From: an uncultured Planctomycetia bacterium | GTDB lineage: Bacteria; Omnitrophota; Gorgyraeia; Taenaricolales; CAZCCH01 | Length of the DNA: 64,000 nt | Assembly: GCA_964497315.1 (NCBI GenBank) | Contig: CAZCCH010000003.1 | Coordinates: 23,346 to 87,345 of the forward strand | Direction: 5' to 3' | Part shown: in pieces, positions 36,716 through 46,805 of the stretch | Numbering within the stretch: the stretch's first letter is position 1 | Layout of the letters: each line of letters opens with the position of its first letter | Position numbers and translations under genes: made by a program | The notes under the pieces: generated by a model | Databases searched by the model: none | Told to the model about the DNA's origin: nothing | What the model saw: the letters and a program-made list of their open reading frames with translations, nothing else

Positions 36716-38281
36716 ATGAATGACAGTAATATTTTAGAGCTAAAGGTATCCAGGATTATAGCTGCTCCCAAATGGAAAATCTTGCGTCTTATTACCAAGG
36801 TGAATGAATTCCCGAAATACATGCCCAACGTAAAGGAGGCAACAATACTACAAAAAAGCAGGAATAGATTTAAGACAAAGTGGTGTATCCAATTAGATGA
36901 GGTACCCATAAGCTGGGTAGAGGAAGATACCTTAGATGCCTCAGGTATATCTTTCAAGGCCACAGAGGGTGATTTAGCAGAGTTTGGTGGAAGGTGGAAT
37001 TTATCTGACCATCCAGATGGAACCTTAGTAGAGATTTGCATAAAGGCCTTAGTAGGAATTCCAGCAATACAACATTTTGCAGAAGGTTATATTAGAAATA
37101 TAATTGAGAGAAATTTTGAGTCTATCTTAGAGTCTGTGGAAACCCGACTTATTTCCATGCGATATGCCAGCCTTAAAAAAGGAGATAAAGACAAGGTTGC
37201 AGGTTTCGGGGTACTAGGGCATTTCTATAATTATAACCACCTAATGCGCTGCTTAAAAGCACTAAAGCCAGATTTTAAAGTACCTTCAAGAGGATTCATA
37301 AGTAAATTATTTGATTTGACACCCTCTTTTAAGATACACGATATGGAAGAGTTTAAGTCAAAAACAGGTGCGACCACTAGTGGCCGTTTTATTTTATGCA
37401 CCTTTATACCTGATATGGTAAATTTCGATGCTAAAGCTGTATATTCAAAAGTTGTTAGGGCATGCAAGGTAGCTGAAAAGTATGGCGTTGGTATTGTGAC
37501 ACTCGGTGGTTTTAGCTCAGTTGTCGGTGAGCGATATGGACAAAAAATAACAAAAGAGGTTGACATACCGATTACTACAGGCAATACATTGACCGCCTCA
37601 CTTGCCATTGACGGTGTTTTAAAAGCAAGTAGCCTTATGGGAATAGATTTAAAGAATGCAAAGGTAGCAATTATAGGAGGCACAGGAGATATTGGAAGTG
37701 CCTGTGCACGCGCTTTGGCAAAAAAGGTTAGGCACATAGTAATCACCGGAAGGACAAAGTCCAATTTAAGGAAGATGTGGTGGCAGCTTAAGTTTAAGTA
37801 TGGTGCACGCGTTGAGGCCACAAGAAATAATATAAAGGCTGTAAAGGATGCAGATATAGTCCTAGCATGTGCGAGTGTTTCAGCATCTATATTAGATATA
37901 AATGTTTTTAAGCCAGGAGCAATAATTTGTGATTTGGCATATCCTAAAAACATTTCATATATGGCAACAAGCAGAAAAGACATTTTGATATTCTCAGGTG
38001 GCTTGGCAAAATTACCTACACCCATAAATGTAGGTTTTGATACCGGTTCCCCATCACCTGATATTAGTTACGGTTGTTTTTCAGAGGTAATTGTGCTCTC
38101 ACTTGAGAAGCGGTTTGAGAGTTTTAGCTATGGAAGGGGTAACATAACACCAGAAAAAATAGAAGAAATAAGAGAAATGGCCACAAAACACGGGTTTGAA
38201 GTTGCCCCATTTTACTGGGGAGATAAATTGATAGAAGAGAGCGAAATTGCCGAAATTAGAAAGAGTGCGAAGAATACATGA
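36716..38281 (+). CDS. Fusion protein with an N-terminal SRPBCC (Bet v1/START-like) ligand-binding domain and a C-terminal NAD(P)-binding Rossmann oxidoreductase-like domain
   Basis: An RBS (aaggaggg) precedes it. The N-terminal ~150 aa are polyketide-cyclase/SRPBCC-like. The C-terminus has KVAIIGGTGDIGSACARALA (GxGxxG) and a ...TTGNTLTA... block. Confidence 0.4.
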   Translation: MNDSNILELKVSRIIAAPKWKILRLITKVNEFPKYMPNVKEATILQKSRNRFKTKWCIQLDEVPISWVEEDTLDASGISFKATEGDLAEFGGRWNLSDHPDGTLVEICIKALVGIPAIQHFAEGYIRNIIERNFESILESVETRLISMRYASLKKGDKDKVAGFGVLGHFYNYNHLMRCLKALKPDFKVPSRGFISKLFDLTPSFKIHDMEEFKSKTGATTSGRFILCTFIPDMVNFDAKAVYSKVVRACKVAEKYGVGIVTLGGFSSVVGERYGQKITKEVDIPITTGNTLTASLAIDGVLKASSLMGIDLKNAKVAIIGGTGDIGSACARALAKKVRHIVITGRTKSNLRKMWWQLKFKYGARVEATRNNIKAVKDADIVLACASVSASILDINVFKPGAIICDLAYPKNISYMATSRKDILIFSGGLAKLPTPINVGFDTGSPSPDISYGCFSEVIVLSLEKRFESFSYGRGNITPEKIEEIREMATKHGFEVAPFYWGDKLIEESEIAEIRKSAKNT

Positions 38282-39234
38282 AAGTTTTGGTTACCGGAGG
38301 AACCGGTTTTATCGGTTCAGCCGTAGTAAGACATTTATTGGCAGCTAATCACGAAGTAAGAATTTTAGCTCGTTCTAAGAAAAAGACATTTCTTTTAAAA
38401 GGCTTGGATGTTGAGATAGTTGAAGGGGATATAATTTATCCAGAGGATATAGAAAAAGCAATCAGAGATTGCACAGTCTTATTCAATCTAGCTTCCAGTT
38501 ACACATTTTATCCTTTTTGGGAGAAGAAAGCAGAGGCTTTATATAAAATAAATGTTCAAGGCACAATTAACACACTGAATGTAGCATTAAAAAATAAAAT
38601 AGAGAGATTTATTCATACCGGTACTATTGCTACTATTGACAAAGGTTTAACTAGTCACTATGCTCGTTCAAAATATTTAGCCGAACAAGAAATTTTAAAA
38701 TTTTACCAAAAGGGATTGTCGACTATTATCCTCAATCCGGCTATTGTAATAGGAGAGAGAGATTATAAGCCTACTCCCTCCGGAGAGATAATTGTTAAGT
38801 TTTTGAATAAGAAATATCCCGGCTATTTTGATACTACTTGGGCTGTGGCAGATGTTGATGATGTGGCCAGGGCGCATGTAGCTGCAATTGAGCGCGGGCG
38901 CGCTGCGGAGAAATATACTCTTTGCAATAAAAGACATTATTCCATGAAGGAGATATTCGAATTACTGGAGGAAGTTTCTGGTGTAAAAGCACCTGGGATA
39001 AAAATTCCATATCTTTTATTGTCTAGCTTTGCATATATAGAAGAACTATTATCTTATTGCATTTTGAAGAAGAAGCCACTTATGCCAACGGATGGTGTAA
39101 AATTTTGCAGAATGTCAGGCACACATGACAACTCAAAGGCTGTAAACGAATTAGGTTATACCGAAACCCCGATCAAAGAAACTCTCACCAAGGCAGTAGG
39201 GTGGTATGAAGATAACGGATATATCAAAAGATGA
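38278..39234 (+). CDS. NAD-dependent epimerase/dehydratase (extended SDR)
   Basis: The N-terminus MKVLVTGGTGFIGSAVVRHLL has the Rossmann motif and a YxxxK-type active site (YARSK) is present. Its start overlaps the previous stop. Confidence 0.7.
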   Translation: MKVLVTGGTGFIGSAVVRHLLAANHEVRILARSKKKTFLLKGLDVEIVEGDIIYPEDIEKAIRDCTVLFNLASSYTFYPFWEKKAEALYKINVQGTINTLNVALKNKIERFIHTGTIATIDKGLTSHYARSKYLAEQEILKFYQKGLSTIILNPAIVIGERDYKPTPSGEIIVKFLNKKYPGYFDTTWAVADVDDVARAHVAAIERGRAAEKYTLCNKRHYSMKEIFELLEEVSGVKAPGIKIPYLLLSSFAYIEELLSYCILKKKPLMPTDGVKFCRMSGTHDNSKAVNELGYTETPIKETLTKAVGWYEDNGYIKR

Positions 39235-40829
39235 ACTTTTTGTTAAAAAAGATGGGGATGAATAAATATACCGACAGAGTAAATTTCGGAACCGCTATCT
39301 TTTTTTTAATTGTTAAATTTTTGCAATTTTTATTAAAGCTGGGATTTAAACCTAACGGGGATGGATGGCGAAGGGTTACGGAATCTTATCTGCGGACAGA
39401 ACATTCCAAGTTTGCATTAGCAGCTTTTAAATTAAATTTTTGGTCTGATTTGGATGTCGAAGGTAGCAAGACATTGGATTCAGCAAGAAAACACCTCATT
39501 GAAAGATTAGCCCAGTTTCTTAAACTACATCCTGCAACTCATTGGAAATTGCAATGGAATAGATTTTCTACGAAGAGACAAAAGAAAGAATTTATAGATA
39601 TTGTTCATGCGTTTTTTGATGAAAATGGCAATTTAAAAGATCTAAAGACATATTTTGACCAGGGCGAAGATATAGGAAGCCTTGGCGATGCCCAACCAGA
39701 TGCAAAGGCTACTCTGATTAAGATAATTATTGAGAATTACAATAACACGAAGGATTTAGGCGACAAGAAACGGCCGAAGATTTTACAAAGGAGAATAAAT
39801 GTTTGTCTCTCAAGGAAACCTCAGCTGAAAGATAAAGGATGGGCGGAGGTTTTTATTGAAAGAGTTTTGAGTGCAACTTTTATAAGTTTTGAAACACTGC
39901 CTTCAGTAGATGTTGGCGCAAATCGGAAGCGTTTTCAAACCCCGCGTTTTATAAAACGCAAACATCCTGGATTTGGTTTTTTAAATATAATCTGTAGATT
40001 TACCGAGGATTTTAATGAAGCAGACCTTTGGTTTCAGTTTAGCCATATTCCGGCAGACGGTGTTCCCATGCAAGAAATTTTGAATGACTTAAAACAACAA
40101 TGGGGTCAGCGGGGATTTTTTAAATTCCCCGCCCCAGATTATAGAGAAAACCTTAGGCCGGAATTATGTTCTACCAAAGATAGCAATGGAACAGCTTACC
40201 ATGTAAGCGAATTTGTTGATTTTCAGCCTTTGCGAAAATTAAGGTGGAAGCTAAATGCGCAATATTCCAGCCAGCTAAAGGGAAGTATTACCATAGTTGC
40301 GCTTTTTATATGGAAATTAGCGCAGCATGAGGTATTCAAAGATATTAAATTTGCTGTACCCATTGATTTATATTCTAGCCAGGGGCAAGAGAGAACTCTT
40401 GGGTTTGTCTTTATCCGGCCCAGTGTTTATTTTAATGATACCAAGCCTGATAAAGGTTTTCTTGGTTTTCAAGAGGAGTTTGACTTACAGCTTCAAACAG
40501 TCAGGGAGCGCAGAAGTCTAAGCTATGGATTGCTAGAGAGCTATACATTAACCCATCCCATTATGTATTCAGCTACATCAAAATTCATGCTTTCAGCTGT
40601 TGGTCATTTTGTTGGCACGTTGGGTGTTACGATAATTAAAAACGCAGACTTCTTTATGGGTCCGTTAAGCGATATACATATAGGGGGTTTTATCGCTATT
40701 GGAAATTTTCTAGTTTCAACAGAAGACGATAGAAATATATGCAATGTGAGCATAAAGGGTCCTAAAGATAAAATTGCAGATTATCTAGAGATAATCAAGA
40801 AAATAGCAAGTTCGGAAGGTGAAATATGA
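39231..40829 (+). CDS. Hypothetical protein with an HxxxDG acyltransferase-like motif (condensation/WS-DGAT superfamily-like)
   Basis: It is 532 aa. Translation ...FQFSHIPADGVPMQEIL... carries an HxxxDG-like motif. There is no other recognisable signature. Confidence 0.3.
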   Translation: MNFLLKKMGMNKYTDRVNFGTAIFFLIVKFLQFLLKLGFKPNGDGWRRVTESYLRTEHSKFALAAFKLNFWSDLDVEGSKTLDSARKHLIERLAQFLKLHPATHWKLQWNRFSTKRQKKEFIDIVHAFFDENGNLKDLKTYFDQGEDIGSLGDAQPDAKATLIKIIIENYNNTKDLGDKKRPKILQRRINVCLSRKPQLKDKGWAEVFIERVLSATFISFETLPSVDVGANRKRFQTPRFIKRKHPGFGFLNIICRFTEDFNEADLWFQFSHIPADGVPMQEILNDLKQQWGQRGFFKFPAPDYRENLRPELCSTKDSNGTAYHVSEFVDFQPLRKLRWKLNAQYSSQLKGSITIVALFIWKLAQHEVFKDIKFAVPIDLYSSQGQERTLGFVFIRPSVYFNDTKPDKGFLGFQEEFDLQLQTVRERRSLSYGLLESYTLTHPIMYSATSKFMLSAVGHFVGTLGVTIIKNADFFMGPLSDIHIGGFIAIGNFLVSTEDDRNICNVSIKGPKDKIADYLEIIKKIASSEGEI

Positions 40830-42985
40830 TACCACCCATTTTTAATCCTAGTAGCTACTTTTTTAATCCTCATAGCCTCACTTATTTTATTTCTGGTATT
40901 TTGATTGCCGCAGAAGGCGTTTTCACTTTCTCGCAGAATAAAAAATCCATATTGAATTCTAGCTTTGCACTCCTTACCATTTCTTCGGGTATATGGCTTA
41001 CAGGAATCAGCTTTATATATTCTTCGCTATATGAGCCTATAGCATTTGCGTGGTCCCGGTATTATACTTGGTTAGGAATAATTTTTATTACACCTGCCGT
41101 ATATTTGTTTTCGGTAAGCTGGGAAGGTGCACCGACATTAAGAAAAAGAAAAAAATTTATATATTTTATTTTTGCAACTTGCTTTACCTTCTATCTTTTT
41201 GGCATTTTGTCAACTTATCTTGTTGAAGGATTATGGTCGTATCCATGGGGATTTTATCCAAAAGCCGGAGTGCTTGAAGCCCCCTTTATAATGTGGTTTT
41301 ACATTTTGATGGTTTTATCATTTGAAAACCTTATCCGAAGCTATAAAAAAGAAACGATACCAATAAGAAAGAAACAGACCAAATTTATTATTATAGCATT
41401 CGTGCTTGGTTTTATGGGATCTGTGGATTTTTTACCGAATTATGGTGTTCCTTTATACGCATTTGGCGCTATCTTTGCATTGATGTTCACCACCATAATA
41501 GCATACTCCATCGTCAATTATCGCCTCATGGAAATAGAGACTGTAATCCATAAAACGATTGCTTGGTTTCTTACAAATGCAGCCTTAGTGGTCCCTTTGG
41601 TGGCCTTGCTTTATTTTACAAAGGATTGGTGTGTTAGGCTTGGGACCTATGGTGCATGGAGTTATCTAGGTGCAGTACTTTTATGTTTTTTGTTTTTCGT
41701 AAAGACATTCCAGCCAAAGGTAGATAACTTTTTTCAAAAGGGCAAGGTTTACATAGAGACCACCTTAAATAAATTTACCGATGAACTAATTCATCTTAGG
41801 GGTCTAGAAGAGGTAGTCAATAAAATTACAGACACAATAGTTGAAACAATACATGTGAATAGAGTGACGTTGTTGCTTTGCAATGATAGAACAAAAAAGC
41901 TAGTTACCGTAGGCAGCGCTAGAGATCCATTAGAGACAAGAATAGAATTAGATCTGAAGAACCCCTTTTTACAATGGCTTTCAGAAAATGATCGCATTAT
42001 CAACCGTAGGTTTATTGAGATAGACCCTGAAATAGAACCTATTCGTACACAGGCTAAAGAATATTTTCAAAAGCTAGAAGCTGCAACATGCATTCCTTTG
42101 GTACTAAATGAAAAATTAATTGGCTTGGTTAATTTAGGCCAGAAGACAAACCTAAAATCTCTTAGCGCCCTGGAGTACCAATTTCTTAATCGCCTTAAAA
42201 ATCAGACTACAATCGCCATCTCTAACTCATTAGTATATGACAGGGTAGAGGAAATGGTAAAGATAAGAACTGAAGAATTAGTTCAGACCCAACAGCAACT
42301 TATCCAGGCTGAAAAACTAGCCACTGTTGGTACTCTTGCAGGTGGTGTAGCGCATGAGATAAACAATCCCTTGGCTGCCATTTTAACAAATGCGCAAATG
42401 CTTATGATGACAATAGAAGACGAAGATGACAAAGAGTCATTAAAGTTGATAGAGGAGGCCACAAAGCGCTGCCGCAGTATTATCCAAAAACTCATGGCCT
42501 ACTCCAGAAAACCCTTGGGGGTTAGAGAAATTACAGAAGTAGACTTAGAAGAGGTCTTAAACAACATGGTCGCATTTTTAAGTTATCAGCTTAAGCAGGA
42601 AAATATCAGAATTATTCTAGAAAAGGAAAGACCTCCTTTTATCCTTAAAGGTTGCCAGAATGAATTAGAGCAGGTTTTAACAAACCTGATACTAAATGCC
42701 AAAGATGCCATAAAACACACTAAAAGCTTAGGGGATATACATATTACACTTTCTAAATCTGAGAATGAAATAACCATAAAAGTAAAAGATGAAGGCTCCG
42801 GTATTTCCAAAGAGCACATACAAAAGGTTTTTGACCCATTTTTCACAACCAAAGATGTAGGAAAAGGAACAGGCCTAGGTCTTTCCATCTGCCAGAGTAT
42901 AATCGAACAGCACAAAGGTACCATAAAAGCTGAATCGCAGCCAGGGCAAGGTGCTACATTTATTATCAATCTGCCCATCCTATAA
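40826..42985 (+). CDS. Membrane sensor histidine kinase (multi-TM sensor, HisKA and HATPase_c domains)
   Basis: About 7-8 N-terminal TM helices are predicted. The H-box is GGVAHEINNPLAAI, and the N, G1 and G2 boxes are LNAKDA, DEGSGI and GTGLGLSI. Confidence 0.7.
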   Translation: MIPPIFNPSSYFFNPHSLTYFISGILIAAEGVFTFSQNKKSILNSSFALLTISSGIWLTGISFIYSSLYEPIAFAWSRYYTWLGIIFITPAVYLFSVSWEGAPTLRKRKKFIYFIFATCFTFYLFGILSTYLVEGLWSYPWGFYPKAGVLEAPFIMWFYILMVLSFENLIRSYKKETIPIRKKQTKFIIIAFVLGFMGSVDFLPNYGVPLYAFGAIFALMFTTIIAYSIVNYRLMEIETVIHKTIAWFLTNAALVVPLVALLYFTKDWCVRLGTYGAWSYLGAVLLCFLFFVKTFQPKVDNFFQKGKVYIETTLNKFTDELIHLRGLEEVVNKITDTIVETIHVNRVTLLLCNDRTKKLVTVGSARDPLETRIELDLKNPFLQWLSENDRIINRRFIEIDPEIEPIRTQAKEYFQKLEAATCIPLVLNEKLIGLVNLGQKTNLKSLSALEYQFLNRLKNQTTIAISNSLVYDRVEEMVKIRTEELVQTQQQLIQAEKLATVGTLAGGVAHEINNPLAAILTNAQMLMMTIEDEDDKESLKLIEEATKRCRSIIQKLMAYSRKPLGVREITEVDLEEVLNNMVAFLSYQLKQENIRIILEKERPPFILKGCQNELEQVLTNLILNAKDAIKHTKSLGDIHITLSKSENEITIKVKDEGSGISKEHIQKVFDPFFTTKDVGKGTGLGLSICQSIIEQHKGTIKAESQPGQGATFIINLPIL

Positions 42986-42991
42986 AGAATT

Positions 42992-44488
42992 ATGTTTTAT
43001 CCAAGTAAATCTGAAATCAAAAAAATTAACTTACCCAAAGGACATCTTTTGCCTTTGTGTAAATATATAGATATAAGTTTATCACAAGCCCAGCTATACG
43101 AAGGGGTGTGTGAAGAGTTTAGCTTTTTATTAGATAGTGCCAAGATGCATCCAGAGATAGGCAGGTTTTCGTTTTTGGGATTTGAACCATTTTTGATATT
43201 TACCTCTAAAGGTAGTTCTATCCAGATAAAAAAGGCTACACATACACAAGATTTGATCGGTAACCCGATAGAAAAACTTCATCTTTTACTCAATGAATAC
43301 CGCAGTGTAAAATTAAAAGGCCTTCCGAATTTTACAGGGGGGGCAGTAGGTTATTTTTCTTATGATTGCTGCCATCTCTTTGAGAGGCTCCCCCGTAGCG
43401 CAATAGATGATCTTCAAATCCCGGATATGCATTTTATGTTTGTAGATACAATTTTAGCATTTGACCATGTGCAAAAAAAGACAATGATAATCTCAAACAT
43501 ATATCCGGATAAACCTTTAGATATAGCATACGATGAAGCAGTAGATAGGATTGAGAAGATGCAGGAGAGGTTAGAGAATGCAATCCTGGTTCCCAGGTCT
43601 TCAACTGTAAACTTCCAACCTGCTAACAAAGACCTTAAGATCAAATCAACCTTCACAAAAGAAGGTTTTGAAGCTATAGTCCGGCAGGCTAAAAAATATA
43701 TCAAGGCAGGGGACATATTTCAGGCAAATCTTTCACAAAGGCTTTCTTGTGAGACTCCTGACATACATCCATTTTATCTATACAAAACATTAAGAGAGAT
43801 AAATCCATCACCTTTTGCATGTTTTTTGGATTTTGGGAATTTGAAAATTGCAAGTTCTTCCCCGGAAAGGCTGCTTAAGGTAGAAGATAGATTTGTTCAA
43901 ACTAGACCCATTGCCGGTACAAGGCCAAGGGGGAAGACCCCCTCAGAGGACTTATCGCTTTCATGCGAATTATTATTGAGTGATAAAGAAAGGGCAGAGC
44001 ATATAATGCTTGTAGATTTAGAACGCAATGATTTGGGCAGGGTTTGTGAATATGGAAGTGTTAGGGTAAATGAACTCATGGTGCTGGAAGAATATTCACA
44101 TGTAATTCATATAGTTTCTAATGTTGTTGGCAGGCTTCATAAAGATAAAGACAGGTTTGATTTATTGGCTGCAGCATTTCCAGGGGGGACAATAACAGGG
44201 ACTCCTAAAATAAGGTGCATGGAAATAATAGATGAATTGGAGCCTGTAACAAGAAATATATATACAGGCTCAATAGGATATTTAGGTTTTAATGGCGATA
44301 TGGATTTGAATATTGCAATACGCACCTTTGTAATAAAAGACAATATAGCCCATGTTCAAGTGGGTGCCGGCATTGTAGCTGATTCAGACCCCACCAGGGA
44401 GTATTATGAAACCCTCTACAAGGCAGAGGCGCTTTTAAAAACACTGGAGAAAGTAACAGATGAAGCGCAGACTGTACCCACCAGCTGA
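42992..44488 (+). CDS. pabB: Aminodeoxychorismate synthase component I / anthranilate-synthase-like (PabB/TrpE family)
   Basis: The chorismate-binding C-terminal motifs IAGTRPRG...GGTITGTPK...YTGSIGY...GAGIV are present. It is adjacent to a class IV aminotransferase (ADC lyase-like). Confidence 0.7.
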   Translation: MFYPSKSEIKKINLPKGHLLPLCKYIDISLSQAQLYEGVCEEFSFLLDSAKMHPEIGRFSFLGFEPFLIFTSKGSSIQIKKATHTQDLIGNPIEKLHLLLNEYRSVKLKGLPNFTGGAVGYFSYDCCHLFERLPRSAIDDLQIPDMHFMFVDTILAFDHVQKKTMIISNIYPDKPLDIAYDEAVDRIEKMQERLENAILVPRSSTVNFQPANKDLKIKSTFTKEGFEAIVRQAKKYIKAGDIFQANLSQRLSCETPDIHPFYLYKTLREINPSPFACFLDFGNLKIASSSPERLLKVEDRFVQTRPIAGTRPRGKTPSEDLSLSCELLLSDKERAEHIMLVDLERNDLGRVCEYGSVRVNELMVLEEYSHVIHIVSNVVGRLHKDKDRFDLLAAAFPGGTITGTPKIRCMEIIDELEPVTRNIYTGSIGYLGFNGDMDLNIAIRTFVIKDNIAHVQVGAGIVADSDPTREYYETLYKAEALLKTLEKVTDEAQTVPTS

Positions 44489-45236
44489 TTTTGATTGTAA
44501 CGGTGTATTTGAGTCTATAAGAACTTATAATGGAGAAGTGTTTAGATTAGATGAGCACCTAGATAGGCTTTTTTGTTCTATGAAATCTGCTGGATTTAAG
44601 CAAAAGCTAAATAGGCGAGATATTAAATCCTTGATAGATAAAAAATTGACAGTGAGCAACTTAAAAAATGCCTATATTAGAGTTGCAGTAAAAGGTCAAG
44701 ATAATAAAAAACCAGAAATAGAAATCATCTTAAAACCTGTTAAAGGCTATCCTGCACATTGCTACAGAAGGGGTGTAAGCGTTAGGACGGCAGTTAACAA
44801 GAAGAATTATATCAATAGCTTGAGTCCGAAGATTAAATCTTCGAATTTTCTTTACGGTGTTTGCGCTAAAGCTGAATCAAAAGATGCCTTTGAAGTCATT
44901 CTTTTAAATCATAAAGGATACGTTGCCGAGGGAAGTATTTCCAATATCTTCATGGTAAAATCAGGCCAACTTTTCACACCTGCATGTTTTATCGGGTGTT
45001 TGGAAGGCGTAACAAGAAAGTTTGTAATGCAACTTGGACTTAAATTAAAAATAAAGACCCATGAGACAGTTTTAACAAGGCATGATTTTTATAGTGCTGA
45101 GGAGTGTTTCCTAACTAACACTACAATGGAGGTTATGCCTGTTGTTAAAATTGATAACAGGAAGATAGGTGGTGGTACCGTGGGTAAGATTACAAAAAAA
45201 CTAATGGTAAAATTTAAACAGGAGGTAACAAGATGA
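44460..45236 (+). CDS. pabC: Class IV aminotransferase-fold protein (aminodeoxychorismate lyase PabC-like)
   Basis: It is 258 aa with a fold-type IV pattern (EGSISNIF...). It overlaps the pabB 3' end. Confidence 0.55.
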   Translation: MKRRLYPPADFDCNGVFESIRTYNGEVFRLDEHLDRLFCSMKSAGFKQKLNRRDIKSLIDKKLTVSNLKNAYIRVAVKGQDNKKPEIEIILKPVKGYPAHCYRRGVSVRTAVNKKNYINSLSPKIKSSNFLYGVCAKAESKDAFEVILLNHKGYVAEGSISNIFMVKSGQLFTPACFIGCLEGVTRKFVMQLGLKLKIKTHETVLTRHDFYSAEECFLTNTTMEVMPVVKIDNRKIGGGTVGKITKKLMVKFKQEVTR

Positions 45237-46804
45237 ACAAGGTAAAGCGTGCATTGATAAGTGTTTCGGATAAAACAGGTATTGATGAGTTTGTAAGAGG
45301 CTTAAATAAAATGGGAGTTGAGATTTTATCCACAGGTGGAACGGCTAAAAGAATTGAGGGTCTAGGAATCCCTGTGCGTAGGGTTTCCTCATATACAGGT
45401 TTCCCAGAAATGCTAGATGGCAGGGTAAAGACCTTGCATCCTAAGATTCACGGTGGACTCCTGGCTTTAAGGGGAAATGTAGAACATATGAAGCAAGTCC
45501 AAGAACATGATATTGAATTAATTGATATGGTAGTTGTTAACCTTTATCCTTTTGAGAAAACAGTAGCTAAGAAAGAGGTTAGCCTAGAAGAGGCAATAGA
45601 AAATATTGATATAGGTGGACCTTCTATGCTAAGGTCTGCTGCAAAGAATTACAAGGCCGTTGCAGTGGTATGCAACCCCGCAAGATATGCTGATATTTTA
45701 GAAGAGATGCAAAATAATGACGGTAGTGTTTCCAATGAGACAAAGACCATTTTAGCTGTTGAGGTATTTGAGAGAACAAATGAATACGATAGGGCGATAT
45801 ATAATTATTTAAGTAACCAACAGACATGTAGTTGCAAGCAAAAGGAAGACTTGCCTCAAGAGTTAAAATTACAATATCAAAAGGTGCAAGATTTAAGGTA
45901 TGGTGAGAATTCACACCAAAGGGCAGCATTCTATAAGGATGCAAAATGTAAAGAGCCTAGTGTGTCTTGTGCAGAACAGCTTTCAGGGAAGGAGTTATCT
46001 TTTAATAATATCCTAGATTTAGATGCAGCGATAGAGATAGTAAAAGATTTCAAAGAACCTGCAGCAAGCGTTATAAAACATACCAATCCCTGTGGTGCAG
46101 CAGTTGCAGAAACACTCTCAAAGGCATATCTGGATGCACTTGATTGCGATAAGCTTTCTGCATTTGGAAGCATAGTTGGTTTAAATAGAAAAGTAGATGA
46201 GGATACTGCTAAAGAAATTACATCTGCAGACTTTGTAGAATGCATTATAGCACCAGGTTATGAAGATAAGGCCTTGGATATTTTAAAAGAAAAAAAGAAT
46301 CTGCGTATTATGCGGGTACCTACTTTAGGTGGTAAACCCGACCTTCTTGATTATAATCTAAAAAAGGTCACAGGTGGAGTTTTGTTACAGGAGAGGGATA
46401 TAAATTCTGTTGCAGACTCAGGCCTAAAGGTTGTTACTAGTAAAAAGCCTACCCAGGAAGAGCTAAAATCGCTCCTGTTTGGTTATACAATAGTAAAGCA
46501 TGTAAAATCAAATGCTATAGTTTTATCTCAAGGCACAAAGACTGTAGGCATAGGTGCAGGCCAGATGTCAAGAGTAGATTCAGTGATTATCTCAATTAGA
46601 AAGTCTAGCGATCGCTCTAAAGGCACTACCTTAGCAAGTGATGCATTTTTCCCAAAGGCCGATGCCATAGAAGAAGCAGCCAAGGCAGGTATAACAGCGA
46701 TAGTCCAACCTGGTGGTTCAAAGTCCGATGAGGAAATTATAGCAGCGTGCAATAATGCAGGCATTGCCATGGTATTTGCCGGGTTGAGGCATTTCAAACA
46801 CTAA
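45233..46804 (+). CDS. purH: Bifunctional AICAR formyltransferase / IMP cyclohydrolase
   Basis: The N-terminus MNKVKRALISVSDKTGIDEF...LSTGGTAK is the MGS-like IMPCH domain, followed by the AICARFT domain. It is 523 aa. Confidence 0.8.
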   Translation: MNKVKRALISVSDKTGIDEFVRGLNKMGVEILSTGGTAKRIEGLGIPVRRVSSYTGFPEMLDGRVKTLHPKIHGGLLALRGNVEHMKQVQEHDIELIDMVVVNLYPFEKTVAKKEVSLEEAIENIDIGGPSMLRSAAKNYKAVAVVCNPARYADILEEMQNNDGSVSNETKTILAVEVFERTNEYDRAIYNYLSNQQTCSCKQKEDLPQELKLQYQKVQDLRYGENSHQRAAFYKDAKCKEPSVSCAEQLSGKELSFNNILDLDAAIEIVKDFKEPAASVIKHTNPCGAAVAETLSKAYLDALDCDKLSAFGSIVGLNRKVDEDTAKEITSADFVECIIAPGYEDKALDILKEKKNLRIMRVPTLGGKPDLLDYNLKKVTGGVLLQERDINSVADSGLKVVTSKKPTQEELKSLLFGYTIVKHVKSNAIVLSQGTKTVGIGAGQMSRVDSVIISIRKSSDRSKGTTLASDAFFPKADAIEEAAKAGITAIVQPGGSKSDEEIIAACNNAGIAMVFAGLRHFKH

Positions 46805-46805
46805 T

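Noticed and set aside
37231-38025. 264-aa minus-strand ORF
   Set aside because: It is antisense to the Rossmann-domain half of the 36716 gene, whose GxGxxG motif reads correctly on the + strand.
40327-40521. 64-aa + strand ORF
   Set aside because: It lies in an alternative frame wholly inside the 39231-40829 gene.
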